A stretch of DNA of 36,373 nt. Source: Chiloscyllium plagiosum (taxonomy: Eukaryota). This document shows positions 11,801 through 23,654 of this stretch, in pieces. Location of the stretch: the NCBI RefSeq assembly GCF_004010195.1, contig NC_057755.1, forward strand, positions 3,205,074 through 3,241,446, read 5' to 3'. Position 1 is the first letter of the stretch; every line of letters begins with the position of its first letter. Position numbers and translations under genes: made by a program. The notes under the pieces were generated by a model, which was given only the letters and a program-made list of their open reading frames with translations, was not told where the DNA came from and did no database searches.

Positions 11801-14800
11801 TTAGAGTCCGCTGTAGAAATTAGGGCTAGAAGCCCCTGTGTTTTGTCGGGTTAGAGGCGTCTGTATTTTGTGGGGTTAGAGCCCCCTGTAGTAATTGGGG
11901 TTAGAGGCCTCTGTGTTTTTTGGGGGTAGAGGTCTCTGTAGTAATTGGAGTTAGAGTCCCCTGCAGTAATTCAGGTTAAAGACCCTGTAGTAACTGGGGT
12001 TAGAGGCCCCTGTGCTTTGTGGGGTTCGAATGCCCTTTAGTAATTGGGGTTAAAGTGCCCTGTAGTAAATGGGGTTAGAGGCCGCTATAGAAATTGGGGT
12101 TAGAAGCCCCTGTGTTTTGTGGGTTTAGAGGGCCCTGTATTTTGTGGGGTTAGAGCCCTCTGTAGTAATTGAGGTAAGAGCCCCCTGTAGTATTTGATGT
12201 TCCAGCCCCTGTAGTAATTGGGGTTAGAGCCCCCTGTATAAATTGGGGTTAGAGTGCCCTGTAGTAATTGGGGTTAGAGTCCACTGTAGTAATTGAGGTT
12301 AGAGCCCCCTGTAGAAATTAAGCTTAGAGGCCCCTGTATTTTGTGGGATTAAGGTCCCTGTGTTTTGTGGGGTTAGAGGCCCGTGTTTTGTGGGTTTTGA
12401 GGTCCCTGTGTTTTGTGGGGTTCAATCCCGCTGTGTTTTGTGGTGTTAGAGTCTCCTGTGTTTCGTGAGGTATAGGCCCCTGCAGTAATTGGTGTTAGAA
12501 GTCCCAGTGTTTTGTGGGGTTAGTGTCCTCTATAGTAATTGGGGTTGGAGCCTCCTGTACTAATTGAAGATAGAGGCCTCCATGTTTTGTGGGGTTAGAG
12601 GCCGCTGTGCTTTCTGGGGTTAGAGGTCCCTGCAGTAATTGCTGTTAAAGTGCCCTGTAGTAATTGGTGTTAGAGCCCTCTGGAATAATTGGTGTTAGAG
12701 TGCCCTGTAGTAATTGGGGTTAGAGTGCAGTGTAGTAATTGGAGTTAGAAGCCCCTGTAGTAATTGGGGTTAGTGTGCTCTGTAGTAATTGGGGATAGAG
12801 CCCCCTGCAGTAATTGAAGATAGAGGCCTCTGTGCTTTGTGGGGTTAAAGGCTCCTGTAGTAATTGGGGTTAGAGTGCCCTGTAGTAAATGGGGTTCGAA
12901 GCCGCTATAGAAATTGGGGTTAGAAGCCCCTGTGTTTTGTGAGTTTAGAGGGCCCTGTATTTTGTGGGCTTAGAGCCCGCTGTAGTAATTGAGGTAAGAG
13001 CCCCCTGTAGTAATTGATGTTACAGCCCCTGTAGTAATTGGGGTTAGAGACCTTGTTTAACAGGGGTTAAAGGCCTCTGTGTATTGTGGGGTTAGAGGGC
13101 CCTGTAGTAATTGGGGTTAGAGACCTTGTTTAACAGGGGTTAAAGGCCTCTGTGTATTGTGGGGTTAGAGGGCCCTGTAGTAATTGGGATCAGAGGCTCC
13201 TGTGTTTAGTGGGGTTCAAGGCCCCCTTAGTAACTGGACGTAGAACTCACTGTAGTAATTGAACACAGAGGCCTCCGTGTTTTGTGAGGTTAGAGGCCCC
13301 CGTAGTAATTGGGGTTAGAGAACCCTCTAATAATTGCATTTAGAGTGTCCTGTGGTAATTGGGGTTAGAGGCCCCTGTGTTTTGTAGGGTTAGAGGCCTC
13401 TGTGTGTTTTGGGTTAGAGGCCCCTGTAGTAATTGGGGTTAGAGCCCCATGTAATAATTGAGGTCAGAGCTGCCTGTAGTAAATGGGATTAGAGGCCTCT
13501 GTGTTCTTTGGGTTAGAGGTCCCAGTAGTAACTTGGGTTAGAGGCCCCAGTAGTAATTGGGGCTAGAGGCCCCTGTAGTAATTGGGGTTAAGGGCCCCTG
13601 TGTTTTTTGGGGGGTAGAGGTCCCTGTAGTAATTGGGGTTAGATGTTCCTTTTGTAATTGGGGTCAGAGGCCCCTGGCTTTTGTGGGGATAGAGGCTTCG
13701 GTGTTTTGTGGGGTTAGAGGCCCCTGTAGTAATTTGGGTTTGAGTTCACTGTAGTAATTGCTGTTAGAGTCCCCTGTAGTAATTGGGGTTAGAGACCCTG
13801 TAGTAACTGGGGTTAGAGGCCCCTGTGCTTTGTGGGGTTAGAGTGCCCTGTAGTAATTGGGGTTAGGGGACCCTGTAATAGTTGGAGTTTGAGTGCCCTG
13901 TAGTAAATGGGGTTAGAGGACGCTATAGAAATTGTGGTTAGAAGCCTCTGTGTTTTGTGGGGTTAGAGGACTCTGTAATAATTGGAGTTAGAGTGCCCTA
14001 TAGTAAATATGGTGAGAAGCCCGTGTTTTGTGGTGTTAGAGGCCCTTGTGTGTTGTGGGGTTAGAGGCCACAGTGCTTTTTGGGGTAGAGCCACCTGTAG
14101 TAATTGCGATTAGAGGCCCCTGTGTTTTGTGTGGTTAAAGCCCCCTGTAGTAATTGAGGTTAGAGAGCTCTGTAGTAATTGGGTATAGAGGCCCCTGTAT
14201 TTTGTGGGGTTAGAGGTCCCTGTGTTTTGTGGGGTTAGAGCCCCCTGTGTTTTGTGGAGTTTGAGGTCTCTATGTTTTGTGGGGTTAGAAGTACCTGTAT
14301 TTTGTGGGGTTAGAGACCCCTGTGTTTTGTGGGGTTAAAGGCCCCTGTGTTTTGTGGGGTTAGAGGCCACTGTATTTTGTGGGGTTCAAGGCTGCTGTGT
14401 TTTGTGGTGTTAGAGTCTCCTGTGTTTCATGGGGTTAGAGGCCCCTGTAGTAATTGGTATTACAGTGCAGTGTAGTAATTGGAGTTAGAGGACCCGGTGT
14501 TTTGTGGGGTTAGTGGATCCTGTGCTTAGTGAGTTTAGAGGCCCCTCTGCTTTGTGGGGATAAGTGCCCCAAGTTTTAGTGAGATTAGAGGCCCCTGTAA
14601 TAATTGGGGTTCGAGTCCCCTGTGTTTCGTGGGGTTGATGCCCCTGTAGGAATTGGGGTTGAAGTGCCCTGTAGTAATTGAGGTTAGTGCCCCGTATAGA
14701 AATTGGGGTTAGAATGCTCTGTAGTAATTGGGGTTAGAGTGCCCTGTAGCAAATGGGGTTAGAGGCCACAATAGAAATTGGGGTTAGAAGCCCCCCTGTG

Positions 14801-17180
14801 TATTGTGGGGTTAGAGGGCCCTGTAGTAATTGGGATGAGAGATCCCTGTGTTTTGTGGGGTTAGATGTTACTGTAGTAATTGGGGTTAGAGGCCCCTGTA
14901 GTAATTGAGTTCGAGCCCCCTGCAGTAATTGGAGTTTGCGTGCCCTGTAGTAATTGGGGTTCGAGACCCTGTAATAATTGGAGATCGAGTTCCCTGTCGT
15001 GATTGGGGTTAGAGTACCCTGTAGTAATTGGAGTTAAAGTGCCCTGTAGTAATTGAGGTTAGAGGCCCCTGTAGTAATTGGGTTAGAATGCCTTGAAGTA
15101 CTAGGGATTAGATGACCCTGTGCGTTGTGGGGGTAGAGGCCACTGTGCTTTGTGGGGTTAGAGTGCCCTGTAGTAATTGGGGTTGGAGACCCCTGTATTA
15201 ATAGGGGTTAGAGTCCCCGGTAGTAATTGGGGTTAAAGTGCCCTGTAGTAATTGGGGTTAGAGTCCCCGGTAGTAATTGGGGTTAAAGTGCCCTGTAGTA
15301 ATTGGGGTTAGAGGCCCCTGTGTGTTCTGGGAGTAGAGGGCCCCCGAATAATTGGGCTTAGAGTCCCCTGCAGAAATTGAGGTTAGAGCCCCCTGTAGTA
15401 ATTGGGGTTAGAGGCCTCTGTGTTTTGTGGGGATAGAGGCCTGTGTAGGAATTGGGGTTAGAGCCGCCTGTAGTAACTGGGGTTAGAGACCCTGTTGTAA
15501 CTGGGATTAGAGGTCCCTGTAGTAATTGGGGTTAGAGGCCCCTGTAATAACTGGGGTTAGAGGCTCCTGCACTTTGTGGGTTTCGAATGCCCTGTAGTAA
15601 TTGGGGTTAGAGTGCCCTGTAGTAATTGGGGTTAGAGTGCCCTGTAATAAGTGGGGTTAAAGTGCCCTGTACTAATTGGGGTTAGAGGTCTCTGTGTTTT
15701 TGGGGTTAGAGTGCCCTGTAGTAAATGGGTTTAGATGCCCCTGTAGTAATTGGGTTAGAATGCCTTGAAGTAATTGGGGTTAGATGACCCTGTGCGTTGT
15801 GGGGGTAGAGGCCACTGTGCTTTGTGGGGTTAGAGTGCCCCTGTATTAATTGGGGTCGGAGACCCCTGTATTAATTGTGGTTAAAGTGCCCTGCAGTAAT
15901 TGCGGTTAGAGTGCCCTGTAGTAACTGGGGTTAGAGGCACCAGGCCTTTGCGGGGTTAAAGGCCCCTGTACTAATTGTGGTTAGAGGCCCCTGCACTTTG
16001 TGGGGTTCGAATACCCTGTAATAATTGGGGTTCAAGTGCCCTGTAGTAATTGGGGTTAGAGTGCCCTGTAGTAACTGGGGTTAGAGTGCCCTGTAGTAAC
16101 TGGGGTTAGAGTGCCCTGTAGTAACTGGGGTTAGAGTGCCCTGTAGTAACTGGGGCTAGGGTGCCCTGTAGTAACTGGGGTTAGAGTGCCCTTTAGTAAC
16201 TGGGGTTAGAGTGCCCTGTAGTAACTGGGGTTAGAGTGCCCTGTAGTAACTGGGGCTAGAGTGCCCTGTAGTAATTGGGGTTAGAGTGCCCTGTAGTAAA
16301 TGGGTTTAGATGCCCCTGTAGTAATTGGGTTAGAATGCCTTGAAGTAATTGGGGTTAGATGACCCTGTGCGTTGTGGGGGTAGAGGCCACTGTGCTTTGT
16401 GGGGTTAGAGTGCCCCTGTATTAATTAGAGTGCCCTTAGTAACTGGGGTTAGAGTGCCCTGTAGTAATTGGGGTTAGAGTGCCCTGTAGTAAATGGGGTT
16501 AGAGTGCCCTGTAGTAATTGGGGTTCAAGTGCCCTGTAGTAAATGGGGTTAGAGGCCCCTGTGTGTTCTGGGGGTAGAGGGCCCTCCAATAATTGGGCTT
16601 AGAGTTCCCTGCAGAAATTGAGGTAAGAGCCCCCTGTGGTAATTGGGATTAGAGTGCCCTGTAGTAACTGGGGTTAGAGGCACTTGGGTTTAGTGGGTTA
16701 AAGGCCCCTGTAGTAATTGTGATTAGAGGCCCCTGTGTTTTGTGGGGATAGAATCCCGTGTAGGAATTGGGGTTAGAGCCGCCTGTAGTAACTGAGGTTA
16801 GAGATCTTGTAGTAACTAGGGTTAGAGGCCCCTGTAGTAATTGGGGTTAGAGACCCTGTAGTACCAGGGGTTCGAGGCCCCTGTGCTTTATGGGGTTCGA
16901 GGCCCCTGCACTTTGTGGGGTTTGAGTGCCCTGTAGTAATTGGAGTTAAAGTGCCCTGTTGTAAATGGGGTTCGAGTACCCAGTAGGAATTGGGGTTCAA
17001 GTGCCCAGTAGGAATTGGGGTCCGAGTGCCCTGGAGGAATTGGGGTCCGAGTGCCCTGGAGGAATTGGGGTCGGAGGGCCCTGGAGGAATTGGGGTCGGA
17101 GGGCCCTGTCGTAACTGGGGTCGCAGCCCCCTATTATAACTGGGGTCGGAGCCCCCTGTCGTAACTGGGGTCGGAGTCCC
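5805..17180. repeat. ~11.4 kb satellite array of 25-bp units (roughly 450 copies)
   Basis: Two interleaved monomer types, GGGGTTAGAGGCCCCTGTAGTAATT and GGGGTTAGAGGCCCCTGTGTTTTGT, run continuously with no visible TE insertion. Copy number is length/25. Confidence 0.97.
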
Positions 17181-17827
17181 CAGGGAAAAGATTTCCTAAC
17201 CCATGGTAGGCCCACAAAAGCAAAATTGGTCAAATTGTACCAGGACACCCAGAATTCCCGAGCAGCTCACAAACTGGGTCAGACAGCACGCAGACAATGG
17301 AATACGCTTTAAGCTCCCATGGACATGACAGAGATCTCAAAGCCCTAAGGGCAGTTTCACAACCCAGCAATACCAAAGCCACACAAAGAGCAGGACAGAC
17401 AGAGAAGCATCAGCAAGGACGTGCTCCAGGAACAGGACAATGGAAGCACCTCACCACTTCAGAAAAGACTTTAACACCTACCTGTGGAGATGAATGGAGC
17501 CATGATACTGTCAGGATGTTGCATTGTGTGAGGGAACAGGACATTCATCCAATAAACTGTTTTCCAATTAGCATCCTTGCAACTAAATTACTCCATTTCC
17601 AGAAACATTGTAGTTTCCCATTTCTGAACCAGTGTCATTCTGCAGCATTACTATAAATCTGGTCTCATCCTCAGCGCTGGGAAGAGAAAATCTGATCTGT
17701 CTTAGCAGACTGTCAGTTCTGTGTCAGCCTGAGTCAATTTCTCTTCCAGTGATATCGCTTGCAATAAACTGTTTGTCAATTTCACTTCGAGCTATGTTTT
17801 GTGATCTCTAACCTATTGGGCAAATTT

Positions 17828-18691
17828 CTCCGACACCCTCCGACAGTGCGGTGCCCCCTCAGCACTGACCCTCCGACAGTGCGGCCCTCCCTCAGCACTG
17901 ACCCTGCAACAGTGCGGTGCCCCCGCAGCACTGACCCTCAACAGTGCGGTGCCCCCGCAGCACTGACCCTGCAACAGTGTGGCCCTCCCTCAGCACTGAC
18001 CCTGCAACAGTGCGGTGCCCCCTCAGCACTGACCCTCCGACAGTGTGGCCCTCCCTCAGCACTGACCCTGCAACAGTGCGGTGCCCCCTCAGCACTGACC
18101 CTCCGACAGTGTGGCCCTCCCTCAGCACTGACCCTGCAACAGTGCGGTGCCCCCTCAGCACTGACCCTCCGACAGTGTGGCCCTCCCTCAGCACTGACCC
18201 TGCAACAGTGCGGTGCCCCCTCAGCACTGACCCTCCGACAGTGTGGCCCTCCCTCAGCACTGACCCTGCAACAGTGCGGTGCCCCCTCAGCACTGACCCT
18301 CCGACAGTGTGGCCCTCCCTCAGCACTGACCCTGCAACAGTGCGGTGCAAATTTCTCCGACACCCTCCGACAGTGCGGTGCCCCCTCAGCACTGACCCTC
18401 CGACAGTGCGGCCCTCCCTCAGCACTGACCCTGCAACAGTGCGGCCCTCCCTCAGCACTGACCCTCCGACAGTGCGGCACTCCCTCAGCACTGACCCTGC
18501 AACAGTGCAGTGCCCCCTCAGCACTGACCCTGCAACAGTGCGGCCCTCCCTCAGCACTGACCCTCCGACAGTGCGGCACTCCCTCAGCACTGACCCTGCA
18601 ACAGTGCGGCGCTTCCTCAGCACTGACCCTCCAACAGTGTGGCCCTCCCTCAGCACTGACCCTGCAACAGTGTGGCGCTCCCTCAGCACTG
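17828..18691. repeat. 33-bp minisatellite (~26 copies), partly 66-bp dimeric
   Basis: Unit cagtgcggtgccccctcagcactgaccctccga/ctgcaa. Produces 11-aa periodic ORFs (ALTLRQCGPPS). Confidence 0.97.
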
Positions 18692-18913
18692 ATTTTGCTG
18701 GTGGGGGTCGGTTTCAGCCTCCCATGTTAGATATTGCCATCCACATTTCTGCAGTCAGGGTCGGTGGGCTCTGTGTTGAATTTGTCAGTGAGCTCCATCA
18801 GGCAGGTTTAATCTAACAGCCTGGCTGCCTTTTCCGGTCTCTCCACTGAACAAGCCTCCTTGGGATAGACTGACAGCTCCCTGTTCCTGGAGGGCTGGGA
18901 GATTTTCATTAAG

Positions 18914-19021
18914 ATTCTGCCTGCGTTTCCCCTCTCTCTGTTCCCCCCTCTCTCTCTCTCTCTCTGTCTATCTCTGCCTCTTCCTCCCTTTCTCTCGCTC
19001 TCCTCTCTCTTCCCTCTCTCC
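18914..19021 (+). repeat. CT-rich pyrimidine tract directly upstream of the SMARCB1-like ATG
   Basis: ~108 nt, almost all C/T, includes (CT)n and contains no AG dinucleotide. Confidence 0.85.
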
Positions 19022-19105
19022 ATGGCGGCCAGTAAAACATTTGGATTGAAACCTGTGAAATTCCAGCTGGAACAAGCAAGCGAGTGGTTCATGATTGGAT
19101 CGGAG
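19022..19105 (+). CDS. SMARCB1: SMARCB1/SNF5/INI1-family SWI/SNF subunit, coding exon 1 ([28 protein letters not shown])
   Basis: Aligns to the recalled vertebrate N-terminus [28 protein letters not shown]. ccATGG start context; donor GAG|GTAAAG, phase 0. Absent from the ORF track because it is short. Confidence 0.92.
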
Positions 19106-19639
19106 GTAAAGGATCGCGTTTCTGTTGGTATTAAACATCACACAGGCAGGCAGTGAGGGAGGGAGGGAGGAAGAGAGAAGAGGAAGGATCTCCATGACCA
19201 TTTTTGAGCCAGTGTGGAAAACAATGCCTGAGTTAAGCAGTGACAATGTGAGCTGCTTGCAGACCTTAAACCTGAATCTGGCCCCTTCTGCTGGTTTTGC
19301 CTGGGGCCGCCGCTAACTCCTGTGTGTCTTGTGTGTGTCTGTGGTTTTGTGTGACACGTTAAACAGAGGCCAGCTACAGGGATGGATCTGGGTCTGCGGT
19401 TCTCACCCTGTGCTGGTGCTGCTGCTGCTCCTGTGAGAGGAGGTGGGGGGGACTGTAACCCAGAGCTTTGTTTACTTCCATCCTCCTGCAACATTTCACT
19501 CTCCCTTTGCACTGGCTGTTAAAATCCCTTAACAAAACACCGGCTTCCTCTTCAATGGGCTCTGGCTGCAGATGGTCCCAGCTCAGGCTTTCTCTCTGAC
19601 CCCTAAACGTTGCTGTCATTGTCCCCCGATTTGGTCGTT

Positions 19640-19822
19640 CTCTGTCTGTCAGGACCACTTTGTGTGTGTGTGTGAGAGGGAGTGTGTGTGTGTGAGAGAG
19701 AGGGAGACCATGCCTCTGTGTGTAGTAAGGTGTGTGTCTGTGTTGTTGTGTGTGTGTGTGTGTGTGTGTGTGAGCACGATGTGATGTGGCCGTGTGTGTG
19801 CAATATGTGTGTCTGTCTGTAT

Positions 19823-19854
<32 letters not shown>

Positions 19855-19920
19855 ATGCCTCTGTGTGTGTGAGTTGTAATATGTGTGTGTCTCTCTCTCT
19901 GTCTGTCTCTCTTTCTCTCT
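19640..19920. repeat. (GT)n/(GA)n/(CT)n compound microsatellite in intron 1
   Basis: Direct reading of dinucleotide runs. Confidence 0.92.
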
Positions 19921-20056
19921 GGTTGTTTTTTAGCCCAATGGTTTCAGGGGCCCCGATACACTGGAGATCTCTGTCTGTGTGAGATTGCGGCCTATCTTCC
20001 AGCTTCCACCCTCCTCCCCCAATGATACGACAGAGAGAAGCTGAACTGATACTGAA

Positions 20057-20200
20057 ACAAGGAAGACTTGCGTTTGTATAGCACCTTATGTGATTGTTTT
20101 ACAGCCAATAAGGTGCACACTTTAGAATGTGGTCACTGCTGTCAGAAATGGAACAGACCACAGGAGGACAGCAAGATCCCAAATGTTTGGTTGTGATCTG
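20057..20200 (-). mobile_element. Degenerate SINE/L2-type 3' tail remnant (possibly DeuSINE-like)
   Basis: acttgcgtttgtatagcacctt..ttttacagccaat..gtggtcactgctgt..acagcaagatccca resembles the recalled reverse-complemented tail of Deu-domain SINEs. Confidence 0.45.
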
Positions 20201-20506
20201 TTAGATTAGATTACTTACGGTGTGGAAGCAGGCCCTTCGGCCCAACAAGTCCATGCTGACCCGCCGAAGCACAACCCACCCAGACCCATTCCCCTACATT
20301 TACCCCTTCACCTAACACTACGGGCAATTTAACACGGCCAATTCACCTAACCTGCACATCTTTGGATTGTGGGAGGAAACCAGAGCACCCGGAGGAAATG
20401 GGGAGAATGTGCAAACTCCACATAGAGAGTCGCCTGAGGCGGGAATTGAACCCGGGTCTCTGGTGTGTGAGGCAGCAGTGCTAACCACTGTGCCACCGTG
20501 CCGCCC
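20201..20506 (-). mobile_element. HE1-type (V-SINE) tRNA-derived SINE
   Basis: Reverse complement starts gggcggcacggTGGCACAGTGGttagc (A box), then GGTTCAATTCC (B box), then gtggagtttgcac, and ends in (tctaa)n. Similar to 27935-28273. Confidence 0.92.
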
Positions 20507-20630
20507 CTCTGTTTGTCTGTGAAGCTGATCGAGCAATTCAGGTTAAACAGCAAACAATGTGTAATCCTCATTCTTTCATTCAACATAATACCATGGATTC
20601 TTCTCATCCACAAGCAGTTTAACAGTTTAG

Positions 20631-20917
20631 AGACCACCAGGCTAGGCCGAGAGACCACCACACCAGGCCCAGGCCAGCACGCTAGGCTGAAACAACCACG
20701 CTAGGCCGAGAGACCGTCACACTAGGCCAAGAGACCATCACGCTAGACCAAGAGATCGCGAATCTGGCCAAGAGACTGCTATGCTAGGCCCAGGCCACCA
20801 TGCTAGGTTGAGGGGCCATCACACTAGGCTGAGAGAACTCCACATTAAGCCAAGAGACCGCCACGCTAAGCCAAGAGACAGCCACACTAGGCCGAGAGAC
20901 CACCATGCTAGGCCGAG
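20631..20917. repeat. Degenerate ~21-bp minisatellite (~14 copies)
   Basis: Consensus gctaggccgagagaccaccac. Gives the 7-aa periodic ORF HHARPRD. Confidence 0.85.
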
Positions 20918-20934
20918 TGGATACGTCACTGGGT

Positions 20935-21235
20935 CTGTGCTAAGGCTGGGAGATCGGGCCTGTGCTAAGGCTGGGAGATCAGGCCTGCGCTAAGGCTGGG
21001 AGATCGGGCCTGTGCTAAGGCTGGGAGATCGGGCCATGTGCTAAGGCTGGGAGATCAGGCCTGCGCTAAGGCTGGGAGATCGGGCCTGTGCTAAGGCTGG
21101 GAGATCAGGCCTGCACTAAGGCTGGGAGATCAGGCCTGTGCTAAGGCTATGAGATCGGGCCTGTGCTAAGGCTGGGAGATCAGGCTGGCGCTAAGGCTGG
21201 GAGATCGGGCCTGTGCTATGGCTGGGAGATCAGGA
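20935..21235. repeat. 25-bp minisatellite (~12 copies)
   Basis: tgtgctaaggctgggagatcgggcc; taagg recurs at 20941, 20966, 20991 and onward. Confidence 0.95.
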
Positions 21236-21809
21236 CGTTGTTGAGAAGAAACGAGAGAGAAACAAAGAACCACAAGAGGGAAGAAAAATGAAACAGACAG
21301 CATCCTACTCTATGACACCCCTCCATGCCATAGATAACACCATCTATGTGTAGCAGCAAGGTCCGGAATCAGAGCGACACAGATTAAAAGATGATCTGCA
21401 AAAAAGCCAAAGGGAGGGAGGAAGAGGAAAACAAATGTTCATTTACGTTTACGGTAATTGTGGATCTGAAAGATACTGCCTGAAAGGGCAGTGAAAACAG
21501 ATTCAGTCGGGACGCAGGGGAATGGGGTCGACCACACAGCAGCCCTGGAACGATGAGCTCCTTTTTTGTTGAACTAACTGTTGGAAATTACACAAATGGT
21601 TTGGGTGAACAGTCAGAAGGCCTGGCTGTTGGCACAGAGATCAGGAGGAAAGCGAATGGTGAAGGAAACAAACTGCCTCACACATTGCTAAAGGGCTAGG
21701 ACATTGCTCAATGCAGAATTCTCATCATGTGCCTGGTTCCTCTTGTCATTTGGAGCATTGGGTTAGTTCTGATCAAGAAAGCTTACAGCATGTGGTCATC
21801 ATAGTGAGG

Positions 21810-22870
21810 AGAATTAAATGCCAAGGTCATGCAGTTAAACGGGACGTTGGTGAGGTCACAGCTGGGGTACAGTATTGGTCTCCTTATTTAAAGAGAATGT
21901 AACTGCACTGGAAGCATTTCAGAGAAGGATTTCCACACTGACACATGGATGGGCAGGTTGTGTTATGAGGAAAAGATTGAACTGACTGGAATTGTATCCA
22001 CTGGGGTTCTGAAGAGGAAAGTTGATGTAATTGAAAATATAAAGTCCTGACGGTCTTTGCAGGGGAGCAGCAGGAGGCCATTCAGCCCCTTCTCCTGTTT
22101 AATACGATCATGGCTGATCCCATCTTGGCCTCAACCCCGTCTCCCTGCCCATTGCTCCCTTTAACCCGTTACTCTAAACGTCTGTCTGTCTCCTCCCTAA
22201 ATTTACTCCATGTCCCAGCACCCACCGTACTCTGGGATAATAAATGCCTCAGATTCACGAAACCATCGAGTGAATTAACCCCTCCTTGTCTCTGTTTCTA
22301 ACCTGCTGCACCTTATCCTGAAACACTGACGTCTCGGTCTAGATCGTCCTGCGTGAAGGAACATAATGTCCGCCTCTGCTTGGTCAACCCCTCCTTTAGC
22401 ATCTCATTGACTTCAGTTCCATCTCCGCCCATTCCTCCGAACGCCAGAGGGTGTCGAGCCAAACTGCTCAATCTCTCTCCGTAAGGCAAGCCCCTCGCCT
22501 CTGGGACCGACTGAGGGAACCTCCTCTGAACCGCCTCCAGTACAACTCCATCCCTCCTCAAGTAAGGGAATCTGGAAAGGATGTTATGTCTTGAGGGAGA
22601 ATCTATACCTTGGGAGCATGCTTTCCAAACATCGAAAATCAGGATAACCTTTTTTTTTGAAAATAGAGGGTCATGACCCCTCAGACTCTATTCCTCAAAA
22701 AGCTAAGACTTTGAATATTTTTCGGGCAGAAATAAATTGAATTTTGAGAAGCAGTGAGTTGGGGTGGGGGGAGATATTATTGGAGGGTGGAGACAGGAAT
22801 TAGCTTTGATCTGATAAATGGGGAGAGCAGTCTGAGAGGTCAAGGGATCTACTTCTCCTAATTCATATGT
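21810..22870 (+). mobile_element. Old CR1 3' region, split by the antisense insertion at 22065-22570
   Basis: cagctggggtacagtattggtctccttatttaaagag..ttcagagaaggattt (degenerate LEYCVQFWSPYL..VQRRF). Resumes ~22570 and ends in a 3'-tail-like ctacttctcctaattcatatgtt. Confidence 0.55.
22065..22570 (-). mobile_element. CR1 LINE 3' end
   Basis: Minus ORF VVLEAVQRRFPQSVPEARGLPYGERLSSL; tail aggaggccattcagccc. Confidence 0.75.
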
Positions 22871-23161
22871 TGGTAAATCATTTTATTACTTAATGTAGTG
22901 TCAGGGTCTGTTGTCACTATAACCCATTCAGTTTTGCTTTGTCAACAGTCACGGTGTAATTGAAGGCTCTGGCCATGGGGTGGTGCTATGCAGCCAGCGT
23001 CTCTCACTTCCCTTGCACACATTCTCCTTATTTTGGGAACTGTCAGGCCATCCTACATCCTTCCACGGACTGAGGCGAACTCTCGGAAGCGTGGCGGCTT
23101 TCTTTTCCCCGCGCGGACGGACGCTTGCGAATGTTTTCTCTCTCTCTCTCTCTCTCTCTGA

Positions 23162-23419
<258 letters not shown>

Positions 23420-23477
23420 TGACCTTGGTGTTGGGTGGTGGTGCATGTCATTCAGTCACAGGACCCTCTACGATTGA

Positions 23478-23654
<177 letters not shown>

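Noticed and set aside
5805..17180. True telomeric (TTAGGG)n or CRISPR array
   Set aside because: The period is 25 bp, with GGGTTAG followed by AG rather than GG. The variable part has only two recurring types.
17181..17800. 119-aa ORF at 17297-17656, AATAAA motifs and a minus-strand CAG|GTAGGT donor near 17480
   Set aside because: No recognisable homology and no coherent exon structure; cannot be supported without transcript data.
17801..18816. Four long overlapping ORFs (213-309 aa) on both strands
   Set aside because: Artefact of a 33-bp (3x11) repeat lacking stops in several frames; no domain or splice support.
19345..19390. gacacgttaaacagaggcc resembling a Deu-domain motif
   Set aside because: Match is too short and based only on memory.
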